Virus record (IMG/VR): IMGVR_UViG_2541047931_000002
Coordinates: 1 to 31,884 of that record
From: a virus
Taxonomy: Duplodnaviria > Heunggongvirae > Uroviricota > Caudoviricetes
Reading direction: 5' to 3' (one strand)
DNA length: 31,884 bases
Every line of letters starts with the position of its first letter. Positions within the stretch are counted from its first letter, which is position 1. Positions 1 to 10,818 of the stretch are shown here, in pieces. Both the position numbers and the translations under genes were made by a program. A model generated the notes under the pieces. That model was given only the letters and a program-made list of their open reading frames with translations. It ran no database searches and was not told the DNA's origin.

Positions 1-3000
1 CTAATCGTGATGCCTGCAGTGGCTTTCTTCATCACAACAACCAGCAAATCGCTGATACTTGCTGTGGGATACCAGCCATTTACCCACCATGCTGATACAG
101 AAAACTCCAGCGTCATGTCGCCGCGACCAGCAGGCATATCAATAACACCACTGTAAACCAGCGTATTATCCATCGCGGTACGGTTATAAATTTCAGCACC
201 GTTTTTCTTCACTATCAGGCGGCATGACGAATAAGTATCGCTGTTCTCCCGCTCATGTCTGGCACCGCTGAAAGCCACCGCCGGAATAACAATCTGCCGG
301 TTAAACGGCTGATCGTCATAAACCCTGACGGTAATGGTTCCTGATGGCCAACGCTTCGGTGCACGGGAGTCACGAGGGAAAGCCTTACCCACTGTTTTAA
401 CGAGATCGCCTTCAATCTGGTTTGCAGACAGTTTCCCTCTGATGACACAGTTCTCGTTAATGGTGACATTATTGAGCGTGCCGGTATTCGCCGTGATGGC
501 TCCACTGATATCCGCATTGCGGGCTGTCAGCCTGCCATCCGGCGTCAGGGAAAACGTCGGAGGATTGCCGGATGACGTGATGCTCACCGCAAACAGTCGC
601 TTCAGGAACACGTCGTTCATGAACAGCTGATTCCCCTGCGCCACAAACAGCGGCGTGGTGTTGCCGTTCTCCGGGGTAATCATCGCGATACGGTCCGCCT
701 GCAGCAGAATACTGCTCAGCGTCTGACCATCAACATCCTCAATCCCCGCGCCAATCCCGGCCACATAGGGAATACCGTTTTTTGTTTTCTGCACCTTCAG
801 CATATACATGGCATTCAGCTCATTGCGCGTGTCTGACTGAACCCGCTGGATTTGCTGTATGGTCACGGCCTGGTCACCCAGTTTTTTATCCGTGGTCGAG
901 GTAATTTCACTCCCTTTTTTATCCACGTACTGGCGGACCTGTGCTATCTGTCGGGCATTTTCTGACTGCCCCTGGCTGACAGTCTGTGAGATTTCACTGC
1001 TCACCCGGTCCACTTTCTGGCTCACCTGCGCGATGGCCAGTGTCTGGTCCTCATTCTTTTTCGCAACCAGCTGCGTGAGGCTGTTTTCCGCCTCCCCGAT
1101 TTTCCGGGTCACTTCTGCGATATCCGTGTCCATCCGCTGACGGATGTCTTCTTCCAGTTGCGTGACCTCCGTACGCAGCGCTGAAGCATCAATGCGCTCT
1201 TTCAGTGCCTGGCCCAGAAGCGTCTCATCTATCAGCCCCCGGAAAATTTCCAGATACCCTTCACCATCATTGCTGGGCTGCCCGCTGGCTTCCACAAAAG
1301 CAGATTTTCCCACCAGGTTGACGCTTCGCACGTAAAACCAGAAATCCGTCCCCGGCTTAATCCGGCTCCCCTGGACAGTCCACTGACTGCCGGTCCCCAG
1401 ATAACGGGCAGATTTTTCCACCTGTGCTGTGTTCGTGATGCGTTTTTCTGAGAACCAGAATTCAAACTGTACCGTCGGGTCATACACCGCAAGACGCGGG
1501 ACCGCCGTTATCTGAAAATACCCCGGCGTCAGCTCAATGGTGGCGGGTTTTGCAGGTGCGTTAATCCGGAACGATACCGACGCCGGATCGCCCTGCTGTC
1601 CCCGGGCATTTACCGCCCGGACCGTCAGCGTGTAACGCCCCAGCGCCAGCTGCCTGAAGCGGTAAGTGGTTTCCGCCGTCCGGGCCGTGCTGACCAGCCG
1701 CTCACTGCCGTCATCCGCTGTTACGGTCAGACGGAGCAGGAAGCTCACGCCCTTCACCACCTTCGGCGTGTCCCAGCGCGCCAGCACCTGATATTCCCCG
1801 CTGTCTGCGGTGACTTCGGCGGTCAGGTGCTGCACCGCTGGCGGCGTGACACCATTCACCGTGCCGCTCTGGTCGCCGTCAAAGTGCGCTCCGTTATCCA
1901 CGATGGCCTCTTTTTCCGGTACATGCTGCACGGCGGTGATGGCATACGCACCGTCATCGTTCTCCCGGATACTCACACAGCGGAACAGGCGCTGGCGCAG
2001 CGTCGGCAGCTTCAGCCCCCACACGCTGTATTCGGCAACGCCGTCAGGAATACGGCTCACTTTCACCTTCACGCCGTCGGTGACGGACTGGACCTCCACG
2101 CTGACCGGATTCCCACTTCCGTCAACCAGGCTTATCAGCGTGGTGCCGGAGGATGACAGCATGATTTCACGGTCGAGCGTCAGCGTCCGGGTCTGGCTGT
2201 TCACCGCCAGCACGCGACCACCGGTGCTGATACCGGCATAGTCATCATCACAGATTTCAATGACATCGCCCGGCACATGGCGAAGCCCTTCTGCGCCGAC
2301 GCTGAAATCCACGGTCTGCGTTTCCAGCAGTTCTGTTTTAATCAGCCACAGCCCGGCGCGGTGTGCCTGCCCCCGACTGGTACAGCCAAAGGCATCCATC
2401 TTCGTGACGTTACGACCGTAACGGGCAATGGCCTGCGTGTCCTCCACAAGCTCTGTCGCCGTCTCCCAGCCGTTATCCGGGTCAATCCAGTTCACCTCAA
2501 CGGCATTATGGCGGTCCTTCAGGGCGCTGAAGCTGTAGCGGAACGGCGCGCCATCATCCGGCATCACCACATTACTGCGGTTATAGGTCCACACCTTATC
2601 CGACGGTCGGTCCTGCACGAACGTCAGCGTCTGCCCGTTCCATACCGGCATACAGCGCATCGCCGAGCAGAAATCACTGAGAACATCCCACGCCTTACGC
2701 TGTGTGGTCAGGTAGGCATTACAGGAAATGCGCGGCTCCGTGCCACCAAAACCGTCCGGCACCGACTGGTCGCAATTCTGGCCGATGACATACAGCGCCC
2801 ATTTGTCCACATCCGCCGCACCAAGACGTTTACCCATGCCGTAGCGCGGGTGGGTCAGCATATCCCACAGACACCAGGCCATGTTGTTGCTGTATGCTGG
2901 CTTAAACGTTCCGTCCCAGATACCGCTGTATTGCCGCGTCTGCGGGTTATAGTTCGACGGCACCTGCAGAATGCGCCCGCGAAGATGATAATTACGGCTC

Positions 3001-3695
3001 ACCTGCTGGCTGCCGAACTGTTCCGAGTCCACCTGCACGCCGACCAGTGCCGTGTTCGGGTAGCACTGTTTCACATCGATGATTTCGGTGTATGACGACC
3101 AGAGCGTTTTGTTCTGCAGCTGGTCTGTGGTGCTGTCTGGTGTCATCCTGCGCATCCGGATATTAAACGGGCGCGGCGGCAGGTTATCCACCACCACCGA
3201 GGCCAGATACTGCGACGTGGTTTTGCCCTTAATGGTGATGTCTTTTTCCGTCACCCAGCCACCGTTACGCTGTATCTGAACCAGCAGACGGACTTCCGAC
3301 GGATTCCTGTCACCCTTTGAGGTGGTTTCCACCAGTGCCTGTACACCGAAGGTAAAGCGCAGACGGTCGATGTTTGCCGACGTAATGGTGCGGGTGATCG
3401 GCGTGTCATATTTCACTTCCGTACCCAGCACCGTCTCGGAACCGGAGGATTCAAATCCCTCCGGCGGTGACTGCTCCTGCTCGCCTGCCCGGAACACCAC
3501 CGTGACGCCGGAGATATTGGTATTCCCCTCACTGTCCAGCACCGGCGTACTGTTCAGCAGCACGCTTTTTAATCCATCCACCGGACCTTCAATCGGCCCT
3601 TCGCTGATGGCATCAATCACACTCAGCAGTTGCGTGGACTTCAGGTTGTCCTTCGCTTCGCGCGGGGTATGCCCCTTACTGCTTCCTTTGCCCAT
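1..3695 (-). CDS. J: Host specificity protein J (tail tip / central fibre); 3' end cut by window start
   Basis: ATG at 3695 ([24 protein letters not shown]...), GGAG RBS upstream. Frame stays open to position 1, ending ...KKATAGITI, matching lambda gpJ at both ends. No complete ORF was reported because the stop lies outside the window. About 1230 codons, with a coiled-coil insert relative to lambda J. Confidence 0.85.
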   Translation of the reverse strand, partial: MGKGSSKGHTPREAKDNLKSTQLLSVIDAISEGPIEGPVDGLKSVLLNSTPVLDSEGNTNISGVTVVFRAGEQEQSPPEGFESSGSETVLGTEVKYDTPITRTITSANIDRLRFTFGVQALVETTSKGDRNPSEVRLLVQIQRNGGWVTEKDITIKGKTTSQYLASVVVDNLPPRPFNIRMRRMTPDSTTDQLQNKTLWSSYTEIIDVKQCYPNTALVGVQVDSEQFGSQQVSRNYHLRGRILQVPSNYNPQTRQYSGIWDGTFKPAYSNNMAWCLWDMLTHPRYGMGKRLGAADVDKWALYVIGQNCDQSVPDGFGGTEPRISCNAYLTTQRKAWDVLSDFCSAMRCMPVWNGQTLTFVQDRPSDKVWTYNRSNVVMPDDGAPFRYSFSALKDRHNAVEVNWIDPDNGWETATELVEDTQAIARYGRNVTKMDAFGCTSRGQAHRAGLWLIKTELLETQTVDFSVGAEGLRHVPGDVIEICDDDYAGISTGGRVLAVNSQTRTLTLDREIMLSSSGTTLISLVDGSGNPVSVEVQSVTDGVKVKVSRIPDGVAEYSVWGLKLPTLRQRLFRCVSIRENDDGAYAITAVQHVPEKEAIVDNGAHFDGDQSGTVNGVTPPAVQHLTAEVTADSGEYQVLARWDTPKVVKGVSFLLRLTVTADDGSERLVSTARTAETTYRFRQLALGRYTLTVRAVNARGQQGDPASVSFRINAPAKPATIELTPGYFQITAVPRLAVYDPTVQFEFWFSEKRITNTAQVEKSARYLGTGSQWTVQGSRIKPGTDFWFYVRSVNLVGKSAFVEASGQPSNDGEGYLEIFRGLIDETLLGQALKERIDASALRTEVTQLEEDIRQRMDTDIAEVTRKIGEAENSLTQLVAKKNEDQTLAIAQVSQKVDRVSSEISQTVSQGQSENARQIAQVRQYVDKKGSEITSTTDKKLGDQAVTIQQIQRVQSDTRNELNAMYMLKVQKTKNGIPYVAGIGAGIEDVDGQTLSSILLQADRIAMITPENGNTTPLFVAQGNQLFMNDVFLKRLFAVSITSSGNPPTFSLTPDGRLTARNADISGAITANTGTLNNVTINENCVIRGKLSANQIEGDLVKTVGKAFPRDSRAPKRWPSGTITVRVYDDQPFNRQIVIPAVAFSGARHERENSDTYSSCRLIVKKNGAEIYNRTAMDNTLVYSGVIDMPAGRGDMTLEFSVSAWWVNGWYPTASISDLLVVVMKKATAGITI

Positions 3696-3717
3696 TCGTC
3701 ATGCTCCATAAACGACA

Positions 3718-3737
3718 AAACCGCCCGGAGGCGGTTT
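3718..3737 (-). terminator. Intercistronic GC hairpin between I and J (possible attenuator)
   Basis: 8-bp stem AAACCGCC / GGCGGTTT with a 4-nt loop, followed on the minus strand by a U-rich stretch UGUCGUUUAU; lies between the I stop (3756) and the J start (3695). Confidence 0.3.
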
Positions 3738-3755
3738 CACATGAAATATTTTGCA

Positions 3756-4403
3756 TCAGCGGCCAATCACCACAACCTGACCACCGTCCCCTTCATCTGC
3801 CGTGCTGATCTCCTGAGAAACCACACGAGACCCCACGCGCATTTCACCGTACAGAACAGGCAGAACATTGCCCTGGGCAACCATGTTATCCAGTGATGAG
3901 AAATAGGTGTTCTGCTTACCGTTATCCGTGCTGGTCGCTGTGGGCGTCCGGGCTTTCGGTGCCAGCATCTGGGCCACACCACCCAGGATCATACTGGCCC
4001 CTGCCGCATACATGCCCGATACAGCCGCGGCACCCAGCCAGCCCACAGGGTTCCACCATGCCACCGCAATCAGCGCCGCCCCCAGCACCACCTGAAACAC
4101 ACCGCCACTTTTAGCTCCCGCCAGACGCGGCACGATGTGGATCACGGCACCATTTGCCAGCGGCTCATTAAGACGGGCAGATAATTCGGTTTCACCTGCA
4201 TCACGCCCGGCAATGCGCACCTGATACCAGCCGTCATTCAGTTTCTGACGAAACGCCGGGAGCTGTGTGGACAACGCCCGGATGGCTTCAGCCCCCGTTT
4301 TTACACGAAGGTCGATGCGGCGGCCAAATCGTTGTAAATCCCCGTAAAGGCAGATGCGTGCCATGCCCGGTGACGCCAGAGGGAGTGTGTGCGTCGCTGC
4401 CAT
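3756..4403 (-). CDS. I: Tail assembly protein I
   Basis: 215-aa ORF MAATHTLPLASPGMARICLYGDLQRFGRRIDLRVKTGAEAIRAL... ending ...ADEGDGGQVVVIGR; recognised as lambda gpI; overlaps the K 3' end as in lambda. Confidence 0.85.
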   Translation of the reverse strand: MAATHTLPLASPGMARICLYGDLQRFGRRIDLRVKTGAEAIRALSTQLPAFRQKLNDGWYQVRIAGRDAGETELSARLNEPLANGAVIHIVPRLAGAKSGGVFQVVLGAALIAVAWWNPVGWLGAAAVSGMYAAGASMILGGVAQMLAPKARTPTATSTDNGKQNTYFSSLDNMVAQGNVLPVLYGEMRVGSRVVSQEISTADEGDGGQVVVIGR

Positions 4404-5044
4404 TTGTCGGTATACCTCTCTCGTTTGCTCAGTTGTTCAGGAATATGGTGCAACAGCTCACCGTCGCCGCAGTAAATGGCGGCATGATTCGGCACCGATG
4501 AACCAAAACAGCACAGCAGCACATCGCCCGGCTGCGCCGCTGACAACGGCACCTGATACAGCCCTGTGGCCTCCAGATTATCCAGATAGAGATTCTGGCC
4601 GTTACACCACCAGTCATCCTCACGATGAAAGTCCGGCATCTCAATCCCCGCCAGATGATAAGCATCCCGGAACAGCGTGTAACAGTCCGTCGCCCCGTGC
4701 TCAAAGCGCCGCCCGGTAAGATGCGGCACACAGCGGAATTTATGAATCTCACCCCGGCAGACCAGCCACCAAGGCAAATCGCTCTGCACCTGCAGCCGCC
4801 TGTCAGCCTCACTCAGCCAGGGCAGGCCACCGGGGTGGCTGTGGACCAGCGCCACAATCTCACCCTGCATCTCTGCCCGCAGCCAGTCCTCCGGCGACAT
4901 CCGGAAATACGCCTCCGGCTCACCGGAGATATTCACGCAGGGAAAATATCTTTCCCCTTCCGGCGTTCTCACCACGAAGCCGCACGACTCCGCTGGCGCA
5001 CATCGCCGGGCGTGCGCCAGAATCGCTGATTCTGTCTGTGTCAT
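4301..5044 (-). CDS. K: Tail assembly protein K (MPN/JAB plus NlpC/P60-like)
   Basis: Frame of ORF 4301..5086, but the start is placed at the internal ATG 5044 (MTQTESAILAHARRCAPAESCGF...HSHPGG...), which matches the lambda gpK N-terminus; the listed start at 5086 is a TTG. Confidence 0.85.
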   Translation of the reverse strand: MTQTESAILAHARRCAPAESCGFVVRTPEGERYFPCVNISGEPEAYFRMSPEDWLRAEMQGEIVALVHSHPGGLPWLSEADRRLQVQSDLPWWLVCRGEIHKFRCVPHLTGRRFEHGATDCYTLFRDAYHLAGIEMPDFHREDDWWCNGQNLYLDNLEATGLYQVPLSAAQPGDVLLCCFGSSVPNHAAIYCGDGELLHHIPEQLSKRERYTDKWQRRTHSLWRHRAWHASAFTGIYNDLAAASTFV

Positions 5045-5048
5045 GGGA

Positions 5049-5747
5049 TTACTGCGAAAGTTTGTTAATGGAAAGGAAGCCGCCAAAGTTGCCGACGTTA
5101 TTGCGAAACTTACAGCCGCTCAGGCATTTGCTGCATTTATCCTTCGTGATATCGGACGTCGGCTGGTCATATTCATCCGCAACCGCCGGACCGTGATAAC
5201 CGCACTCATCACCGCGATAGGTCCAGGTGCAGGTGTTGGCCAGCATGGTACGTCCCGGAAAAACAGCACCATCCGTTTCCGTCGGCGTGGACAGTACAAA
5301 AGAGGCACTCACCGCGCTCAGTTCGCTGCACTGCTCGATGCGCCAGCGGCTGATCACCTCCTGCTCTGGATCGGCTTCGCTGTTTCCGTTGACGAAGTTC
5401 ACCACATCCAGAAAACGGGCGTAAACCTTACGCCTGACCACCGTTCCGCCGACCAGACTCTGCAGGTCTTCCGCCATCCCGGTGACCATGCCGTGCAGAT
5501 TAGAGACTTTCAGCGTTGGCCTTGCACTGGCTCCTTTGCCGTTCATCTCAAATCCACTTCCCTGAATGGGATAGGCCTGATACTGCCGCCCCTGCCAGGT
5601 GACTGGTTCACCTTTTTCGTTCTGCTCATTACAGAAGAAATAACGATCTCCGCCGACCTCTGTCAGATCAATTTCCCAGAGCACGACCAGCGCGGATTGC
5701 TCCGTTTTAGTGCACTCATTGAGTGTTTCCTGCTGTATATCCTGCAT
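5049..5747 (-). CDS. L: Minor tail protein L
   Basis: 232-aa ORF MQDIQQETLNECTKTEQSALVVLWEIDLTEVGG...; recognised as lambda gpL; start overlaps the M stop (ATGA). Confidence 0.9.
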   Translation of the reverse strand: MQDIQQETLNECTKTEQSALVVLWEIDLTEVGGDRYFFCNEQNEKGEPVTWQGRQYQAYPIQGSGFEMNGKGASARPTLKVSNLHGMVTGMAEDLQSLVGGTVVRRKVYARFLDVVNFVNGNSEADPEQEVISRWRIEQCSELSAVSASFVLSTPTETDGAVFPGRTMLANTCTWTYRGDECGYHGPAVADEYDQPTSDITKDKCSKCLSGCKFRNNVGNFGGFLSINKLSQ

Positions 5748-6046
5748 CAGTGAGTGACCTCTTCAAAGGTACAGTTAAAATCGGTATACATGGCATTATC
5801 CGAAATGCTCCACTCCCTGCAGACAACCCGGACAGTCCTGTTGTGTTTTGGCGGACGCCACAAAAAAGCACGAACCCCGGCATGACGGGATAAAAAACTG
5901 TCCAGCGCGGCACGGGAATATTCATCCGTGACACGAAATACCGGTTTAAACGTTTTCAGATCTGCATTCAGACCACCAGCCCGTCGCTGTTCATATCCGT
6001 CACCGAACTTTACCGTAATAACAGATGGCTTTCGTGTCGTCTCCAT
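5747..6046 (-). CDS. M: Minor tail protein M
   Basis: Frame of ORF 5747..6133; start placed at ATG 6046 (METTRKPSVITVKFGDGYEQRRAGGLNADLKT...) with GAGGGG RBS; the listed start 6133 is TTG and would overlap H. Confidence 0.8.
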   Translation of the reverse strand: METTRKPSVITVKFGDGYEQRRAGGLNADLKTFKPVFRVTDEYSRAALDSFLSRHAGVRAFLWRPPKHNRTVRVVCREWSISDNAMYTDFNCTFEEVTH

Positions 6047-6080
6047 CCCCTCGCGGGGGATCCAGTTAAAAACTTCAGAC

Positions 6081-9000
6081 TCAGGCACTGCATAATCCTC
6101 CGTCCCGACGTGATGACTGCATAATTGACACAACCCTGCTGTCGATCAGATCCACCAGTCCCCTGGCTGAGCGCGCATCTATCTCGCCATTGCTCCCTTG
6201 ATTCTGAATGCTGATGTGATACACGGGAGAATAAACAAATCCACCGCCACCATTCACATTTCCAATGGCCCTGACCCCAAGAGAGCCGTCCGCTGCCCGT
6301 GTCAGTGGCATGATTGCTTCAGGCCCGGCCTCGCCCATCAGCCCGGCACCTTTCGCAAAAGCAAAATACGTCGGGGTATCCACAATGGTGTTACTGTAAG
6401 CACTCAGATTTGCCGATGTATAAACACCACCTTTTGCGTTTGCCACTGCACCGGAAAGCCAGTCGCCGACTGTACCAAGCCATCCTCCGGCACCGGACAT
6501 GCTTTTGGAAAGTGACTTCAGCCCGTTAACGATGGCAGCGTTCATCAGAATTTTTGAAACTTCCTGGAGAATTGAACTCCCCCAGTTTCTCCAGTCCACA
6601 ACATTTCCGGCCAGTGCATCGGAAATATTTGATACCAGCCCGTCCATAGTGGAAACGACAGCATCTGCCGCCTGCGAAGCATAATCGGTGGCACTGTCTG
6701 CCCAGTTCGTCAGTCCCTCCTGGAGTCCGGCATTCCAGTTACTGCGTAAAGCATCAGCCTTTGCATAATAATCCTGCTGATCGCTGAGACGCTCTTCCAG
6801 ATATTTTTCATTCAGAGATTTTTCCTGTTTCCACAGGGCTTCTTCAATTTCTCCGGCCTGATACTGTCTCAGTAGCTCGTTATTTTTCTGCTCAAACTCC
6901 TGCCGGATGCTCCACATTTCCTGAAGTCGTTCACGCATCCGTGAGCCTTCACCATATCCCAGTAACTGAGCCTCATTTGATGCTCTGACACTGGCATTAC
7001 TGTCCGCCAGACTGCTCTCATACGCAGCAAGCTGCTCACGAATCTTTTTCTGGTCGATGAGTGCTGCATTCTGCAAAAGCGTTTTTTTCTGCGCTTCTGA
7101 CAGGGTTGATAATTCGCCCTGGCTGACCTGATATTTCATCTTAGCCAGTTCAGTATTCTGCCCTGCCAGTGCTATTTGCTCTTTTTGCTGTTTAATCAGT
7201 TGCTTATAAGTATCTTCTATTTTTTCCGCTTCGGTCTTTTTATGCGCTTTGGGTTTATTTGCCTGGTTATTTCGCCATGCATCCAGTGAGTTATTTATAT
7301 AATTCAGTCTTGCTGTCTGATACGCCTCTCCCACAAAGCCGAGATCATCCGCAGCATAACCCAGGCGGGCACGCTCACGAGCTTCCCCCTTCAGGCGGGA
7401 CAGAGCCAGTTCGCGCTCGCTGTTATTCAGTGCGGTCTGCTGTTTATCATCCAGGGTTGCCTGTGGTAGCCGTAACGGTACATTCACCAGCCCCTGTCGC
7501 TGCTGAAGTAATTCATTACCGAGCCCGAGAAGGCGATTAAACTCGGTATGCTGCCCATTCATGATCAACAGGGACTGATACGCTTTGTTTTGTTCCGCTG
7601 CCTGTTGACGGATCAACGCCACCCGTCGCTCCTCCAGCCCGGCAAGCACATCCTGAATGGATTGCGCTTTGCCCTGCATTTGAGTGAGGCGAGACTGTTC
7701 AACTGCCAGTTGATTTGTTGCTTCTGCAAGCCCTTCTGTGACAGTTTTTACCGACGTCATGTGGTTAATCATAAAACCGTTATCGGTTGTCCAGCCCGGG
7801 TTTGCCAGCACATACTGATAGCCAGCAATTTTTTCCTGTAAGGATTTAATCTTACTTTTCTGCTCGTCAATTAACCTGTTTTGCTCCTTCAGTGCCTGTC
7901 GCGTCTTTTCCTCATTATCTGACGCTTCAGGAAGCGACATTGCCGACGTTTTCTGGCGAATTTCGTCGATTGTTGCGGCATACTGTCGTGCAGATTCTCT
8001 GGCCTGCTCCTGATTCTGATACATCGTGTACCAGGCCGCAGCCCCCAGCATGACGAGTCCCGGCACACCACCAACCAGCCCCAGCGCGCCACTTAATAAA
8101 CGACTCCCCACTGACGTAACATTATTCAGCGTTGTCTGTGCCGCTGTTCTGGCCGCAATATTACGGGTAAGTGACACCTGGGCAGCTGTCAGCTTCGCTT
8201 CTGCTGCGGCCTGCCTTTCGGTACCGCGAGCAGCAACAACCGCCTGTTGCGCACGATAAACCGCCGCACGCGCCCTGGCGGTTGCTATCTGTGTCCCCCG
8301 AAGTTGCACTTCAGCAAGAGCCACTTCGTTTCTGGCTGCAGTAATTAATCCGGCAGTTGCAGATCCAGCAGACGACGCCATATTGCCAAAATATCGGGCT
8401 ACCCCGACGGCAACCAGAGCACCAGCAGCGGTTGCCACGGTGTCAATATTGCCTGCAATACCATTCAGCACACCGGAGAGCGTCTTCGTCACTCCGCTTG
8501 CCTCGTTCGCACCACCAACCCAGGCCATAAAGGCGTTTTCAACTTTGGTTGCAGAGGATGAAACCGTATCAGGCATTGCTGCATATTCATCACGCAACGC
8601 CCCAAGCTGACTAATCAGTGCAGGAACAACCTTATCGGCGGTCAGTTTTCCGTTATCCGCCATGGCCTTCAGATCCTTACGGGCAACCCCCATTCCCGCA
8701 GCCAGCGCACGAATAACACGATCGCCGTTCTCATTCACCGAGTTAAACTCTTCACCGCGCAGCACTCCCTGCGCCAGTGCCTGACTGAACTGCGTGATCA
8801 CCGAACTGGCTTCTGCTGTACTGGCACCGGATAATTTCAGGCCCGTGGAGATCGCCTCGGTGACTTTCAGTACCTCCTCAGAACTGTAACCATACTCCCG
8901 CATGGAAGCTGCAGAACGGGCAAAAAGGCTGGCGTTATCAGAAAACGCCGTCCCCGTTCTCTGGCTGATCGCCATTAATTCACGCTGTGATGACTGAAAA

Positions 9001-9326
9001 TCATCACTGGACTGTGAGGCCTGCTTCAGACGGGCATTTACTGAATTCCACTCATCGGCGAGAGAAATAAGATGACCGGTAGCAAAAGCCCCGGCAAATG
9101 CCCCCGCCATGTTCAGTGCCGAAGATTTAGCTGTATTTATCTGATCCGTCACTTCTGCCAGTGCACGCCGCATTTCACGGGATGCAGCAGCGGACTGTCG
9201 GCCTCCGTTCTGCATGGTACGGTAGTAATCCTGCCCCATACGCGAAGCCCGGGAGATCTCTGACTGGAATGACCGGGAATTTGCCGAGATTTTAATAATC
9301 AGTTCACGTAATGTCGCCACACTCAT
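6081..9326 (-). CDS. H: Tail tape measure protein H
   Basis: 1081-aa ORF with long coiled-coil regions, Gly/Ala-rich hydrophobic segments and a C-terminal region typical of lambda gpH; sits between G-T and M. Confidence 0.9.
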   Translation of the reverse strand: MSVATLRELIIKISANSRSFQSEISRASRMGQDYYRTMQNGGRQSAAASREMRRALAEVTDQINTAKSSALNMAGAFAGAFATGHLISLADEWNSVNARLKQASQSSDDFQSSQRELMAISQRTGTAFSDNASLFARSAASMREYGYSSEEVLKVTEAISTGLKLSGASTAEASSVITQFSQALAQGVLRGEEFNSVNENGDRVIRALAAGMGVARKDLKAMADNGKLTADKVVPALISQLGALRDEYAAMPDTVSSSATKVENAFMAWVGGANEASGVTKTLSGVLNGIAGNIDTVATAAGALVAVGVARYFGNMASSAGSATAGLITAARNEVALAEVQLRGTQIATARARAAVYRAQQAVVAARGTERQAAAEAKLTAAQVSLTRNIAARTAAQTTLNNVTSVGSRLLSGALGLVGGVPGLVMLGAAAWYTMYQNQEQARESARQYAATIDEIRQKTSAMSLPEASDNEEKTRQALKEQNRLIDEQKSKIKSLQEKIAGYQYVLANPGWTTDNGFMINHMTSVKTVTEGLAEATNQLAVEQSRLTQMQGKAQSIQDVLAGLEERRVALIRQQAAEQNKAYQSLLIMNGQHTEFNRLLGLGNELLQQRQGLVNVPLRLPQATLDDKQQTALNNSERELALSRLKGEARERARLGYAADDLGFVGEAYQTARLNYINNSLDAWRNNQANKPKAHKKTEAEKIEDTYKQLIKQQKEQIALAGQNTELAKMKYQVSQGELSTLSEAQKKTLLQNAALIDQKKIREQLAAYESSLADSNASVRASNEAQLLGYGEGSRMRERLQEMWSIRQEFEQKNNELLRQYQAGEIEEALWKQEKSLNEKYLEERLSDQQDYYAKADALRSNWNAGLQEGLTNWADSATDYASQAADAVVSTMDGLVSNISDALAGNVVDWRNWGSSILQEVSKILMNAAIVNGLKSLSKSMSGAGGWLGTVGDWLSGAVANAKGGVYTSANLSAYSNTIVDTPTYFAFAKGAGLMGEAGPEAIMPLTRAADGSLGVRAIGNVNGGGGFVYSPVYHISIQNQGSNGEIDARSARGLVDLIDSRVVSIMQSSRRDGGLCSA

Positions 9327-9336
9327 TCTCCGGACG

Positions 9337-9358
9337 AAAAAAAACCGCCGAAGCGGTT
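9337..9358 (-). terminator. Intrinsic-terminator-like hairpin between T and H
   Basis: Minus-strand RNA AACCGC-UUCG-GCGGUU followed by about 8 U; UUCG tetraloop; located between the T stop (9367) and the H RBS/start (9326). Confidence 0.45.
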
Positions 9359-9366
9359 ATGTTGAC

Positions 9367-10055
9367 TCACTGAGACACTATTAAAAGCGCGTTTTCCAGT
9401 CCAGCAAATGGATCTGATACGCCTTCTGTCTGCTCCTTCTCCCACTGAAGAAGCGCATCATTCAGTGGCACTTTGACCCCCTGCGCACCGTAAACAGCTG
9501 AAACAATCTGGGCAGCCCGGATATCAGCCCGTTCGTCCCCCAGCGGGCTGAACCTGTCAAATTCTGCCCACATCATGATTTCTGATGCGGACATTTCCCG
9601 GCGTAACTCTGACAATGTGCGCCCCATCCTGAGCGCCAGCATCATCAGAAAACGCATCCCCGGAAGCGCTACTTTTTTTTAACCTCGCCGGCATCACTGA
9701 TTAGTTCCAGAGACTGCCGAAGAAGCCGCGCATGCACCGGGCCATACACGGCAATCACCTGTTCACGATCATCCTCTGAAAATACAGGTTGCAGTCCGGT
9801 ATCACACAGAACATCGATGAACAGTTCAACATCCGCTTCCAGATTTCGGCGGGCGCGCTCCGCAACGGATAACGGTGTCTCATCATCTTTTGCTTTAACG
9901 ATCTCCTGCCAGCGCAACCAGGCTTCTGCAGAAGGTTCCCGTAATACAACCGTTGCCCCTTCCCATTCAGGCACATCAACAGTTTTATGGCGAAACCCCG
10001 ACATCGTTGCCAGTGCCAGATTACGGATATTTTTAGTCATCACATCTATCCTCAT
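9367..10055 (-). CDS. Tail assembly chaperone G-T fusion made by programmed -1 ribosomal frameshift
   Basis: The T frame (9367..9657, MRFLMMLALRMGRTLSEL...) is the -1 frame relative to G and is open back to the slippery heptamer A-AAA-AAG at about 9672-9678, which sits directly before the G stop. Predicted junction ...GEVKK-K-VALPGMRFLMM... Confidence 0.7.
9669..10055 (-). CDS. G: Tail assembly chaperone G
   Basis: 128-aa ORF ending ...ISDAGEVKKK immediately upstream of H; position and size match lambda gpG; ends in the slippery run A-AAA-AAG. Confidence 0.8.
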   Translation of the reverse strand: MRIDVMTKNIRNLALATMSGFRHKTVDVPEWEGATVVLREPSAEAWLRWQEIVKAKDDETPLSVAERARRNLEADVELFIDVLCDTGLQPVFSEDDREQVIAVYGPVHARLLRQSLELISDAGEVKKK

Positions 10056-10759
10056 TAACTGACGGTAACAGTGCAGGAAGTAGAGGTCACTTTGTTAACC
10101 GGGCTTGCTGAATCAGAAATCTCGCAGGTATATGCACCCGCATCACCGGATACTGCCGATGCCTTACTGAACGTTGCCGCCGTCTGTCCGGAAACAGGAG
10201 AACCACCTTTCTTCCAGACATAAGAATAAGGCGGCACACCACCCGCAGCCTCAACCGCCATTTCAAGTTTCGATCCGGAAGCAACCCGCAGCGTGCTTTT
10301 TAAATCGACCTTCACTTTCAGCGGCTCTGTCGTCAGCACAGGTTTACCTTTCAGGCGCAGAGAAAACGTTGCAGCCACAACACCATTGGTTCCTGCAGAC
10401 CAGGTATGCTGACGCACCTCTGCCATAAAGGTAAATCCGTTGCCTGACGGAAAAATAACTTTAAAGCCATACGTGGTGTCATTGTCATAGGCACTGCGCA
10501 ACGCGTTCTGGGCAGCATTGAGGTAAAAGTTGCCTGACATGGAAATCTCTGAAGCAGCACCAAGGCCGTTAATATTTTCCTGCTCAACAGAACACAGCGT
10601 GGTGACATCAATATCCTGCTTTTGTCCTGCAGTAAACTGCACCTCTTTGATTGTACAGCTCAGGCCAAGATAGCTGGCAGAATCCAGGGTTTCTGCTGTT
10701 ACCGGTGCAGACGAAATCATAATTTTCGTCAGTTGCGAACGCTCAAAATTAGAGGACAT
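10055..10759 (-). CDS. V: Major tail protein V with C-terminal Ig-like domain
   Basis: Frame of ORF 10055..10810; start placed at ATG 10759 (MSSNFERSQLTKIMISSAPVTAETLD...) with AGGAG RBS; C-terminal Big_2-like segment ...GGVPPYSYVWKKGG...TCEISDSA...; stop overlaps the G start. Confidence 0.85.
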   Translation of the reverse strand: MSSNFERSQLTKIMISSAPVTAETLDSASYLGLSCTIKEVQFTAGQKQDIDVTTLCSVEQENINGLGAASEISMSGNFYLNAAQNALRSAYDNDTTYGFKVIFPSGNGFTFMAEVRQHTWSAGTNGVVAATFSLRLKGKPVLTTEPLKVKVDLKSTLRVASGSKLEMAVEAAGGVPPYSYVWKKGGSPVSGQTAATFSKASAVSGDAGAYTCEISDSASPVNKVTSTSCTVTVS

Positions 10760-10771
10760 ACTCGTCTCCTG

Positions 10772-10797
10772 AAAATAAAAAACCCGCCAGCGGCGGG
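10772..10797 (-). terminator. Intrinsic-terminator-like hairpin just upstream of V
   Basis: Minus-strand CCCGCC-loop-GGCGGG followed by UUUUUUAUUUU; lies between the stop of the 10819..11163 gene and the V RBS. Confidence 0.4.
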
Positions 10798-10818
10798 TGG
10801 GTAAAATCATTAACGACC

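Noticed and set aside
334-3896. Plus-strand ORFs listed inside the J region (for example 2277..3095 at 272 aa, 1810..2241, 3322..3711)
   Set aside because: They lie antisense to the uninterrupted J reading frame, whose translation matches lambda gpJ throughout; they are Arg/Pro-rich low-complexity artefacts of a GC-rich antisense strand.
6198-9263. Plus-strand ORFs inside the tape-measure gene (6198..6515, 7259..7540, 7548..7841, 8026..8259, 8383..8610, 9072..9263)
   Set aside because: Antisense to the continuous 1081-aa H frame; no start signals; typical shadow ORFs.
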